A stretch of DNA of 64,000 nucleotides from Eutreptiella sp. 'Long Island Sound 2002' (taxonomy: Eukaryota > Protista > Euglenida), in assembly GCA_964036045.1 (NCBI GenBank), contig OZ038379.1, positions 15,996,001 to 16,060,000 of the forward strand. Reading direction: 5' to 3'. Made by a program: the position numbers and the translations under genes. How positions within the stretch are numbered: the first letter of the stretch is position 1; the number at the start of each line of letters is the position of its first letter. Under the pieces are notes generated by a model. That model ran no database searches and was not told where the DNA came from. It worked only from the letters and a program-made list of their open reading frames with translations. This document shows positions 48,264 to 60,430 of the stretch, piece after piece.

Positions 48264-51200
48264 ATGGGGACCATCTCCTCAGCGGAGAATGCCGAGGACA
48301 TCCGCATGGGGGTCCTCAACGATTTGCACGACGTGCCATATCTGGCGGGCGCTGACGACAAAGTCCTGCTCGACCATTTCGGACCCTTGCACATCGAAAG
48401 CGTCAGTCTGGAGTCGGCCAGCAACCGCAAGGCGCATCACACCGACATGTACGACGACAAAACCCTGATTCTGCGCCGCGGAGCATCGTTCGTTATCACG
48501 GTCATGTTCAGCGAGCCCTATCCCCTTCATCCGAGCGAGACCAAGTGTACAGTGCTGCTCCGCGACGAGCGGGACAACGAGCTGCGCCTTGCGCCGGAGA
48601 AGTCGGATCGACAAGACCTGTCGAAAGAAAGAGGGTGGGTGCAAGTGGTCGACTTTGCCGAGGGGCTGCTGCTCCTGGTGGCCAACCTGCCGGTCCGTGT
48701 GCCCACCCCTCATCTGATCCCCCCCCTCCCCCACATGGCCCTGACTCCTGACTCTGGTGAAATCCAACGCCTAACCGCTTGGCCCAGGAGTGCCAGCACA
48801 AGCAAGGTGGCTAGGAAGAGGATAGCAGCCTTTGGGCGCCCAAACTGTTCTGTACGATTGAAACACTCAGTTGTTGACAAAATAAAGGCCAATACTGGTG
48901 CAGGCAATCGTATGGTAGACCCTGGTGTATCATAGAGTCGATCTCAATGGTACTGCCGAACATTGCTGCATATGCATACCAGGACGTGCATGTGTGGAGC
49001 GCTTTGTGACCTGTTTGCGGCCCCCACGTGGCTTGCATCACTCACTGCGGGTTTGTACCGTCTGGTACAAGGGCGTCCTCGACTGGAGTTTGGATCCGGA
49101 AGGGAACGCAACCCCGTTGGACCGGCCCTTTGCCGCGGTACCCATTCCCATTTGTTACTTTCTTTCCTCGAAATGGTCGCAAGTCCGGTGGAACTGCACT
49201 TCAGATTTCGAAGGGTCCTGTTGAAATGTCGCAGGACGATACGAGCACACCGGCGTTCCCAATAGCAGAGGGCACGCGGGGCTGTGATTGATCATCTGAA
49301 GAACTTTGGGTTGGTTGCCGCAGTCCTTGTGGTCCGGAATGCAAGAGGATGCGTGAGCCGGTTGTAGTGGGAGAGTGGGGCCGGTCATGCCTGTGAGGAG
49401 TTGTTTGTGCCTGTGATGGCATTGTGCTTGAGACTGTTGTAGTCATCTACTTTTTGGACTGCAAGGGGGGCCAGACGCTCTCCCCCCCCCCCCCCGTCGA
49501 ACCGCTTGAACGGGCGTTGTGAAGGATCGAGCGCCGCTTGCCTTTGGGTTGCGCGTAGGCATGGCCCTGTCTAAGCACGACCTGTCTGTCTCAGCACATA
49601 ATTTGTCTACACACATGACTTGTCTCAGCACATGATGATTCCTGGGGGCGCCTATGGTGCCTTTCTGGAATCAGCGGGGATGTCTAATACAGAACCCCTT
49701 GCAGTTTGTTGAGGGTGTGATGCGCGGGACGACGAGCATCGTCAGATTGAGGCCACGCGCATAACTCCCTGTCTGACCGCCGTTTCCCCTGCCGTCGGCC
49801 GTACTTGCGCTTGCGCTTGTTCATGAGTGGGACTTGTGTCCCCTCCCCACCCCCCCACCTTTGTAGAAATGTTGTGTGTGGTTTTGTGTCATGTTCTCTG
49901 CAACAACATGATGGCATCCGCAAATATCCCCCGGCATTCAAGTGTTCGGGCCGCTGACTGAGCCCTCATCGAAACCGCCTGACACAAGGTCACCGAGGCA
50001 AGCTCGTGTGCTTTCCCCCAGGCCCCCATCAGGAGACGCGAGTCCAGTCAGCACAGAGGCAAAGCGAGACTCAATGACCGACGTGCAGCAGAAAACACTG
50101 CACCGCCAAAGCATCGGCCGTCGACAGCCTGCGCCCCCACAAAACACACCCAAGTGCATTACACCGGCAAGCCGACCCCCACCTCCATCCCCCATTTAGT
50201 GCCATGCAGTGAAGACGCCACGGCGCTGGGCGGTGTCGCCTGGTGTTCGACAGCGAGGTGGATGAGCTACTTCCTCACTGAACGTGCCTACCGGACCTCG
50301 GGGTAAGCCCTTGAGGAGGTACGGTAAGGTATGCAAGACCGCTGGTGATGCTTCACAATGATTCGTGGCCACCTCATCCCCCTCCCCCCCCGCCGGCAGA
50401 GGCTGCCCTTGTGAGCAGAGGGACAGCCGTCCCACTCTCACCTCAAAATCCGCTTCCCCACCGTCTGTGGACCAACAATGTGTACAACTTCCTCTCCGAA
50501 ACTTGAGCATTAGCGCAGACGGATGACCCCCCCCCCCCCTCGTACTCCCCCCCTCGGTTCGCTGACTTCCGAGTCCACATCCGAATCTTGAAATCAGGTG
50601 GACGCTGCCATCGGGCGTTACAAAGTTGAGGTCAGCATCCGCTTTCGGCAACGCAAGGTCACGAAGACCCTGGACGAGCCTCTGACGATCCTCTTCAACC
50701 CCTGGAGCCCCGACGACGAAGTGTACTTGGGCTCGCAGGAGGAGCTGCGCGAGTACGTGCTGCTCGAGGACGGCATTGTGTACCGCAACGGGGGCCGCGC
50801 GTCGGTGGACGTGTCGCCGAAGGCGTGGAACTACGACCAGTTCGACGCCGTGTGCTTTGCCGCCGCGCTGCAGCTCGTGGGGCGTCTCCCGAGGCACGAG
50901 CGGCACTCCGCGGTCCTGGTCGCGCGGCGGTTCGCCGCGCTCGCGAACGCGCAGGACGACCGCGGGGTGCTCGTGGGCAACTGGTCCGGCAACTACTCCG
51001 ACGGCGCGGCGCCGTGGCAGTGGAACGGCAGCCGCGAGATCCTGAAGGCGTACCTCCGGAGCGGCGAGCCCGTCAAGTACGGGCAGTGCTGGGTCTTCTC
51101 TGGGCTGCTGGTGACGCTGATGCGGGCGCTGGGGGTCCCCGCGCGGTCCGTCACGAACTACGGGTCGGCGCACGACACGCACAGCAACCGCAGCATCGAG

Positions 51201-52242
51201 TTCTACTACGACGGCAACACGCGCCTGGGCCACATCTCCGACAGCATCTGGAACTTCCACGTGTGGAACGAGGTCTGGATGCGGAGGGGGGACCTCCCGC
51301 CGGGCCGCGACGGGTGGCAGGCGATCGACGCGACGCCGCAGGAGGTGAGCGGGGGGAAGTACCAGATGGGCCCGGCGTCGGTCGTCTCCGTGCAGAAGGG
51401 GGAGGCCACGGCGTACGACGCGGAGTTCGTGATCGCGGAGGTCAACGGCGACGTGCGGCAGTACCGGCGGGAGCCGGGGGCGCGGTGGCACTTGTTCGGG
51501 GTGGACTCCACGCGGGTCGGGCGGCTGGTGGTCACGAAGGCCGTGGGGCGGCGGGAGGCGCGGGACATCACCGGCAACTACAAACACGCGGAGGGGTCCG
51601 TGTCGGAGCGGGTGCAGGCCCTGCGCGCCAACGGGGGGCCGGAGGAGCTGGAGTTCGCGGTGGAGTTCGGGGGCCGCGCTGGGCCGGCCCTACGCCGTGC
51701 AGGTGGCGGCGCCGGCGGAGGGCGCCGCGCCGCGGACGGTCCACACGCAGATCAACTTCTTCTCGCGGTCGTACCACGGCCGCCACCGGAAGCTGCTGAA
51801 GACGGAGCAGAGCACGCAGCTCCCCCCGTTCCGCCTGCGGCTGGAGCTGCGGCCGGAGGAGTACCAGGGGTACCTGAGGGACGCGGGCTTCTGGTTCCAG
51901 TGCGAAGTGCACGCGATGGTCCAGGAGACGCAGCAGATCTTCACCCGCGACGAGGCCTTCGAGCTGGAGCTGCGGCCGGCGCCGACGGTCGCGCTCGCGT
52001 CGCCGATGGCGGTCGGGACGGAGGCGCGCGGGACGTTCACGTTCGTGAACCCGCTGGGGGTCGCGCTGTCGCAGGGGCGGCTGGTGGTCGAGTCGACGGT
52101 GCGGCTCATGGCGCGGCTGGACGTGGAGGCGCCCGACGTGGCCCCGCACGGCGACGCGGTGATCCCGTTCATCGTCAACTGCCAGTTGGACTACGATTGC
52201 ATTACGGATATCCGCGGCTTCGCCGAGGTTGAGGTCCGGTGA
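48264..52242 (+). CDS. Animal-type four-domain protein-glutamine gamma-glutamyltransferase (transglutaminase): join(48264..48692,50598..52242), with a single-base frameshift in the G-run at 51669-51673
   Basis: N-domain NRKAHHTDMYDDKTLILRRGASF. A phase-0 GT-AG intron (48693-50597) joins ANLP|VDAAIGRY. The catalytic triad is intact: YGQCWVFSG (C), WNFHVWNE (H), WQAIDATPQE (D). The C-terminal barrels (SRSYHG, FVNPLGVAL, ITDIRGFAEVEV) continue in another frame to TGA at 52240-52242. Confidence 0.9.
48955..49030 (+). repeat. Short interspersed repeat (other copies at about 52335-52405 and 61735-61810)
   Basis: Shared core gccgaac(a/g)ttgctgcat(a/c)tg(c/t)atacca(g/c)gacgtgcatgtgtggagcgctttgtgacctg; the 61.7-kb copy is more diverged. 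Confidence 0.7.
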
Positions 52243-55200
52243 GGCTGAGTTCCGCTTCAGCGCAGTGGGTGCCGTGAGGCCACCCCAACGACGACGTCCC
52301 CCCACCCCCCCCCTCCCTCCCGATGTGAAGAACTGCCGAACGTTGCTGCATCTGTATACCACGACGTGCATGTGTGGAGCGCTTTGTGACCTGCTGGCGG
52401 CCAATGTGAAGACGGTGGCATTTGCTGATCACGCAACACATCGCCGGACCGACCACCGTGGCCGTTGATGCGCCCGTGGGTCGTGGGGCCGTATGATGCC
52501 CAGCACCGCCTGCCGCTGTGGGTTTCCCTTGGAGCTGCAGGTTCTGGTGCTCAGCCGTGACGCCCCCTCCCCCCCCCCATTTGCGGTGCTGCACTCCTCC
52601 TGACGGCCAACGTGTCCTACAGAACGGCTCCGGTGGTGCCAACGAGGCGGCATGTCTCTTGAGCCTTCGTCCTGTGGCACCCCCATGAAGTGCTGACTGC
52701 TGGGACTACGTGCGCACTGTGTGCCACTGCAGGGCACTGGCTCGCTCAGAGCCGCCCCGACCGCGTTGCTTTGCCGCAGAGCAGGGGCCTGAAAGGCACG
52801 GAGCCCTCGTGGGCCCATGTTGCGGTTGCTTCGTTGACCACTGCTGTGGGCGCGTGGCAACGGGTTTATCCCGCGACTGGCCACTGTCCCCCTCGGCCCG
52901 TCTGCGGACCCGAGAGATCTGGCGGATCGTCCATGGCAAACCTCTTGTTTTAGTGCAACTTTTGCTCTCGGCATGTGCAGTCCCCTCTCCCCCCCCCCTC
53001 CGCAGGTACGTGGCTGTGGCAAACGGCGTAAGTCTACCAAAGGCTCCACCTGCACCTTTGCTAAGCTCACCTTGATTGGTTTGTAACCCCCCCCCCCTTT
53101 TCACGGTCTGGGGGTTGGCAGCAGAGGGGATTTCCACATGAGGAACAGCAACACCACTTGTGGGGGGGGGGGGCGGGGGGGGGGAGGGGGTACGCAGCTC
53201 GAGTGTGAAGGGGGGGGGCGGGTGCAGTCTTGTGCCGGAGGGTGGAATGCCTGTCCCGCTGCTCACGACTGCAATAAAATACCACGGCAAATTTGACTGC
53301 TGCACTTTCTGCACAAGGGTGCCCCTGGGATTTGGATTTGGATTTGGTGGCCGATCTTCAGGCCCACAGGACGCCCGGGGGGGGGGGGGGGGCACGATGG
53401 CGTCCCCGATGACCCTGCAGACCGGTGGGCCATGCCACATGTGATGCACGTCCCAGGCCATTGACGGACCTTCCCCTGCACGCAACCCCAGGTGCCCCCG
53501 GGTCCATTGGCGGTGCAGGGCCACGCCCCGCTCGGCCCATAGGGCGCACCTGGTACCCTCCTTGGACCGTGCCCCAGCACCCTCTCTGGGGGTGGTGGGC
53601 CGCCCACTCCGGGAGGTGCCACTGGGAATTTTTTGATGGTGGGCTCTTAGACGTGATGGGGCGAACGGACCTCGCCCTTCATACGCCTGCATTTCAAGAC
53701 CCCCCCCGCCCCGCCCACCTCTTGCCCTGCAACGCCCCATGATGTTGCCGAGTATTTACTGAGAGAGTTTTCTGGAGTGGCTGCGGGGGGGGGCAACGGC
53801 CATTGGCAGACCATGGCCAAGCTATGCCTTGTCTCAGACACACTACCCGGTGGACCCGTATTTCTTTGGCACCCACATTAATTCGGAACCAAATTGAGGG
53901 GCCCCCTGAGAAGCACATGATTCTGTGTTTTTTTGCGGGGCTGGCTGCAACTCCGATATCTTTCTGTTTGCAGACCATTTAATCGACGATTACTGTACGC
54001 CAACGTGTCCCTGCGGCTCATGTGCCCCATTGTTCGCTCACCATAGCTCACCATGCAAATGTCTCTCTTTGAGCCATGTGCAAGCTACGACTTGTCTAAG
54101 CTACAACACCCGTGGAGACTGTGTTCTCTTGGGACCTGCTGTGTCTCGGACCACGGGGAAAAGGGGGGTCTGGTGCCACTGCATTGCAACCATATGATCC
54201 CCCTGGAGGGCTGTTCCAGTTCAGTACCGAGTCCAGAACACGGACACATCTCTGCTGCTGCTGGGGGGGGGATTGGGCCATTGGGCCGTTCACCGACCAC
54301 AGGACATTAGAGCATTTTGATTTCGCGCTGTTGTGATTTCGTACATGTGGTGGCCCTCTCCTCCGGCAGGCATTGCACCTACGGTCAACGTTTGCCTGGC
54401 CGCAGTTCTTGTGTGTGCAACATGACATGGTTGGTGAGTCTGTGACCTCTTTTCCTTGACTTCGCCCGTGCTTGTGCCAGGGAGGGGGTTACTGCCTGCA
54501 CTGGCGCCGATACTCTCTGTGACCCATCCCCTTTGTGTGACCTTTGGCAGTTCATGTGCCTCGGCATTGGGGATTTGCAGTCAATGTGATCCATGAAGGG
54601 GGGGAGCACGGGATGCGGCGCAACTTTGGGGCAGCCAGGCGGCAAGTGGGTGTTGCATAGTGGAAGGGTGTCTTTATGTTCGTGGGGAGGGTGTGGGTGG
54701 ACTGGCCGTTCCCAGGATGATCACCATAACAGTTGTGCATTGTGCGCAGCGCAAGTACCCCCCCTTATGGGGGAGTATTAGCGCGCCGGGCATCTTTTTT
54801 TTTTTACCATTCTCCACCCGTGCCTGTTTTTGCCCCCACCTCACCAAACAATTTGGAGTACCTTCTCGCCGTGTCTAAGAATTTGGCCCATCCCTTGCAC
54901 CCAGTTTATGACGATGGCAAGGGTGGTGGTTGGAAGTGGTGGCAGTGACATTTTGTGTTGTTGGATTCTCATATTTCGGCTTCTGCAAGGTGCCTTGCAA
55001 GGAAGGTTTGCAGTCTAGTGCGGTCTACTTGGCCTAGCAACACTCTGCCCTCAAACATGCACTGAAAGGAATGCTGTGTGGACAGGATGCGCTTGAGCAG
55101 ATAACGCTGGATCATATCGACGCTCTTCCCAGCCCCCCCCCCCCCCCTCCTCTGGGTCATAGGGGGAATGTTTGCCCGGGGCGCTGTATTAAGTATCTTA

Positions 55201-55741
55201 TCTCTAGCCCCAAGTTTATCTCCACCTAGGGAAGTCCCCCAAGATGACCCGCTGCCCCCAACACACGACAGCGATGTGCTACCAAAATGCATTGATGCAA
55301 GTTGACCCCTCCCCCCTTTGGGCTGGACCCCCTTTTGGCCTGACATCTCATCTCATCTCATCTCATCTTGTTGTCTTCCCCCTTGTGCCCAATTATCGAT
55401 CTACTCTCACCTGACAGGACCAAACAGCCCCAGATTATCTGCCCATAACCCCGTGTCTGAACATTACCCAAAGAGAAGAACGCCACTGCAACTCACGCCC
55501 GATGCACATCATGCGGCATCAAGCGGACGCAGGATCAAGGGTTCCCTCTGCAAAACCGGAACTTGGAAGCGGTCTAATTGTTTGGACTTTTTGTGGGGCA
55601 CCACCCGTTCTTTGACGCGGAGTGCATTGGTCTTATTTGAGGGCTCATTGGGTCTGACCGTACCCCCCCCCCCCTTTTCCGCGAACAACGCCTGTGTAAG
55701 AGCAGCACGAGCTGTGGTTTCCGCAATATTTGGAATTTAGC

Positions 55742-58700
55742 TCACTTTCTGAGTGTCTATTTTTTTTCGGGTCCTTTTCCCTAAACCAGAGGCAGCCACA
55801 ACAGCACTCAACAACGACTACAAGTGCTACGCTGCGCCTGGGACCGAACCACGGATAGCTTTCATTGTCCGCAACGCTGTGGTCCCCCACATACTCGAAA
55901 CGTTATACTCACCCAATGGTTTGGCAGGGGCCATCAGGATACAGCTCCCAAACAGCCCCCGCCGCACCATTGCGTGTGTGTACTCCAAATTCAACCAACA
56001 GGACAAACAAGAGGTAGACCTATTTCTGCAGTCCCTGAGACCATACGACATCATTATGGGGGACTACAACGATGACATTTGGTCACCCAACCCGACACGC
56101 CCGTGGCAGGAAGACCTGGCCAGCGGAGTGTTCTTGGACCCTTTGCACGCTAGCAGCCAACCCCCGGACCCCCGGCAATACTATACCCGCATCCCTAGGC
56201 ATGGACGCCCACGTCGACTAGATGCCATCTTGATTAGGCAACAAATACCGAACATACCCTGGACCTACTATGACACCATACAAATGCCCATATCGGATCA
56301 TGCTTTGGTCCTGCTTGGGGTCCGATGGAGGATAGGGGTCCCCGACCCACCACGCAGAAAACCACAGCCCACAGTCGCGAAGTGGTATACAAAACAATTT
56401 CAACGGTTTACTAACACCATATCCACACTACCCATAACAAACAACGACCCACCCCTACACACGGCACGACGGATCCTGTCTGCTATAGCGCACGCGGCGC
56501 GGCCACGACGACCCACGCGCGCAAAGACAGCGACCACCGCAAGCTGGTCGGAAACCACGGACCCCAAAACACGGTTACGAGAGTACGGGGAAATACAAGA
56601 GCAACACATACGGAGACAAATCGGCAAACTGCGCCGAGCGGCAGTGCACAAATTGGGCTATTTTTATAAAATGGTCAAGAGATGGCGCACTGGACTCATA
56701 GCCTAGGACACACCGCAGCCCCCAATAGGAGGAACACAGTACGTACTCAACCACTTTGCGGGCGACCCAACATACGACGAAGACGCGTGCCGGCAACTCA
56801 TACGGAAACATGTACGGCACCGCACGTGGAACACAACGACCCCCACATACGAGGAGTACTTGCGGTGCCTTCGGGCACCAAAGAACAAATCTGCCGGACC
56901 TGACGGTGTCCCCCCACACCTGCTCCGGCACCTACCGGACCACGTGCAGCGGCAACTATACCAGGCAATCGTTGCAGTCTGGAACGGACAGCACATCCCA
57001 ATGGCTTGGCTGCAGTCCAGGGTAGTGCTCATCTATAAAAAGAAGGATCCCCAGGACCCACGAAACTACCGGCCAATCTACGTATCCACGGCCATATATA
57101 GTATACTCACACGCCTCCTCCTGACGCGTATATCGGGAGCCTTGACCCCGGGACTATTGGACATACAACACGGCGCCACACAGGGCCGAAACACCACAAC
57201 GTTAGCCACGAAACTATTAAACGACCTGCACGTTGAGGACGGGTACGTGGCCCTACTTGATGTGGCCAAAGCTTTTCCTTCAGTCCCCCGACCCATGCTG
57301 ACTGGGATCGTCAAGGAGGCAGGGGCACCAGAAAACATCATACGGATGTTGGGGGAAATATACCAGCATACACCGGCCGTACTAACCCTACACGGAAAGG
57401 ACCTACCCATACGCCCCACCAGGGGTATGAAGGAGGGGTGCCCCCTCTCCCCAACACTATTCCTCCTTTACTACGACATACTATTACGTGAAACCATGGA
57501 ACGATGCCCGGGAGCCCGACTGTACGTGTTCGTTGACGACATAGCTGTGCGTGCGCCCACGAAGGAAGCATTGCTGCACACCCTGGATACCCTCCACGAC
57601 GTGGCCCACACAATGGGGTTACGCTTCAACAAGGACAAAATTGAAGTGTGCCACTGGGCTAAGGACTACGACCTAACGCCCATCACGTGGCGGCATCAGC
57701 TCATCCCCGTGCGGCCACCTATAATGACTTACCTGGGGCATGTGCTTGCCCACCCCACACAAGAAGACACAGCATGGGACATGGTCACTACACAGCTACA
57801 CCACGACGTAGCGGCATACAGGGCCCTGCCGCTCAACGCCTACGAAAAGGTGGCTATCATCAACGCCGTCCTTATCCCCCGTTGGACGTACAGGGGACTG
57901 TTCCTCGGAAATAGGACACGAATGGCGCACTGGGACGACATACTACTGCAGTTCATCAGGGATACACCCGGGGTAGAACAACAAATGAACAAACACCGGC
58001 TGACTACCAACCTCAGTCACGGGGGACTTGGCCTACGCCAGCTGTGGTGGTCCTACATCACCCGGTGGGTCACAATTGGCCAACAGGAACTGCAGCGCAC
58101 CGGCCCTACACAACAACTCACCGCAACCCAATATAAATACATAGACGCCGTCCGAGCCCTAGGGGGCACGGTGGGTCAGCGTATATCCCAACCCCGACAA
58201 CACCGACCCTTGTCCGCGGGACTCTACGACCCGGAGAGCTCAGAGGAGGACCAGGAGACGCATGCAGGGAAGACACGGCCAGCTACCAACCGCTTAGACT
58301 ACAGCTGGATAAACCCTCCAGAGGAGCCAACCCCTGAGGAAACCCATGAGGTTTGTCAGGCACTCCCCCACCAGCAAAAACTCCACGGCATCACCATACA
58401 CTACACAGGAGAACCCACCACCACCCGGTGGTACACAGACGGGTCAAAACGACACGGACGAGCGGGAGGGGGCATCTACAACGGAACATACCGTGCGGCC
58501 TTCCGGGTGCACGGGCCACAACAGGTTCATCGGGCCGAAACGATCGCTTGCGCCTTAGCTTCAGAGCTGGCCAAGCCAGGAGACGACATTATACTAGACA
58601 ACCAGAGTGTGGTGAAGGCCACACCTATAAAACGCAAAGGAGTGGTCAAGGACCAGGACTACCGCGACATAGGGTACCTCAACTCCACCACGAAACGACT

Positions 58701-60430
58701 GACGATCCGATGGACACCAGGGCACCGCAATCTAGAACAAGCCACCACGTATAAAGACTACCAGGACATACAGGGGAACAACCACTCTGACGTCCTCGCC
58801 AATATGGGCGACAACCTGCCCATGGATTCCCAACAACCACAACCCCATGATATTGTCATCACAGGACAGATCATGCCCACGCCTGCCAAGGCATGGATCA
58901 TGCAAGTGCGTAGACAAAAACAAACACCAGATGTACACTGGGTGAGCTGGCTCCCCATGAAGCACTACTGACGGAACGCGTGGACACCCTGGCTGTGGGG
59001 GCAAGTGCGTTGGTGGGGAATGGGCGCCCCCTGGGAACGGACACCCCGCCTCTGCTCCCAGTGTGGCCACCAACACGGAGCATCGGTGCAGTCAAAACTG
59101 GCTTGCTGTCCTGCCTGGAGCGACTTCTGAGACCTGTGGCGCAAGAGCTGGACTGATTGGGCCCCATACACGCACCAATGGCTGCAAGCGGCCGACAACC
59201 AAGAACTATGGCTCTGTGTCAGGCTGCTCATACCACTATCCCTCGTCGACGCCATACCCACTGCGGAACGACACAAACTGCGAACGGAGGTGGGCCTGTT
59301 CCAGTTTCGCATGATACAGTCCGTCCAAACACTAAGACGGAAGTACGCCGACCCAACACCACAACAACCACCGTCGCCCCTGTGGCTCACCAAATACATG
59401 GCACAGGCACTTCCGCCGCGAGAAACGCCCCGAAACCTACGGAACCAAGTCGGGGCGCCCACGTGGTGCGGCGCGAAACGCAAACGTAAGGCCGAGGTCG
59501 CAACGGCTGACCCAATCGATCCCGGCCAATGGTTACAAGATGCACGCAACGTGGGCGATAGTGAGGCAGTGGCATGGTTCGTCGCACGAGCCACTAACAC
59601 AGGGGCAGACGACCACATAAAGAAACGTCAGCGCCTCAACGTTGACACACAGCGGTGGGAACAGTACAAGACGACCACAGACAGGCTGGCAAATGAACAC
59701 GCTCAGCAAGCACGGGACATATACCACAAAGCACACATGGAGGCGATGGCGAGACAACACCTGCACACCCTACACATGGGCTACACCAACGCACTGACGG
59801 CTAAAATAGACTACCACAGGCTTGTCATAAAACTAGTCGACCAACAGAGACAAACACAACGACTGCACGACACACATGCACACCTATACCAAATACGTAG
59901 GCAATGGTACGAACAAGCGAAGGACGACACAAGGATGTGGTACACTGACTCAAAACTGCTACTGATGGTCAACGACCGATACTGGAGGCCGAGCGCAGGC
60001 ACTGCCAAGCTACTTGACCTGCACCATCAACAAGCGACCTACATGTGGCAGCAGCAGACACACCTGACTGCCATGGCACAGTACTACCAAGACGCCTGCA
60101 AACACAAGACAACACAATACTGGCAAACAACCCGACCAGCCCGACAGACGATATACCTGATACGGAAGCGGCCGCGGGAGCACTGGGACCCCACCTTGTG
60201 GGAAGTCCCGTTACAACCGCTACCGAAACGCCGCAAAACGCACTGGGACCCAAATGAGTGGGAAGTACCACTGACATGACTACACCAACCTCAATGGGAA
60301 ACCATGGGGGCACAGTCACGAGCTGCAGCCCGTATGCATACCCTGGCTTCGCCGAAATCTGTATCTTACTTCGAACTTGGTCCACTGTGGCCCCTGGCAC
60401 TTATGAACTGGCCTTTTTGATAAAAAAAAA
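55742..60430 (+). mobile_element. Non-LTR retrotransposon (APE endonuclease - RT - RNase H - Cys-rich finger - long C-terminal extension), SL-capped, poly(A)-tailed, with a 17-bp TSD
   Basis: One reading frame runs 55771-60279 (about 1500 codons), broken only by in-frame stops at 56704, 58969 and 59128. APE: TIACVY, IIMGDYN, RLDAIL, ISDHALV. RT: KSAGPDGV, NYRPI, LLDVAKAFPSV, GMKEGCPLSP, FVDD, YLGH. RNase H: WYTDGS, RAET, ILDNQS, WTPGH, GNNHSDVLA. A-run at 60422-60430. TSD AATATTTGGAATTTAGC at 55725-55741 and 60431-60447. Confidence 0.95.
55743..55769 (+). other. Intact euglenid spliced-leader exon sequence at the 5' end of a retroposed element
   Basis: 55744-55769 reads ACTTTCTGAGTGTCTATTTTTTTTCG, the 26-nt SL of Euglena as I recall it. 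The preceding C extends the match to the longer ACAC-starting form recalled for Eutreptiella, with T in place of its first A. It is followed by GGTCC, not by the GT of an SL-RNA intron. Confidence 0.95.

Noticed and set aside
20126-50597. Euglenid nonconventional (non-GT-AG, stem-loop) introns
   Set aside because: All introns I could place (two in the cyclin, one in the transglutaminase, plus the SRP68 acceptor) fit GT-AG. None required a nonconventional model.
50196-52404. Long minus-strand and alternative-frame ORFs (463, 324, 278 aa)
   Set aside because: Shadows of the very GC-rich transglutaminase exon.
55742-55775. SL-RNA gene, or site-specific insertion into one (SLACS/CRE/NeSL style)
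   Set aside because: The SL is followed by GGTCC and APE coding sequence rather than GT plus SL intron. The TSD is unrelated to SL sequence and encloses the SL. No SL-gene remainder follows the 3' end, and the endonuclease is APE-type.
56704-59130. Stop-codon reassignment (TGA/TAG read as Trp) suggested by the LINE stops
   Set aside because: Host genes in the window end in TGA (906-aa PP2C, transglutaminase) and use TGG for Trp. Ordinary nonsense mutation suffices.
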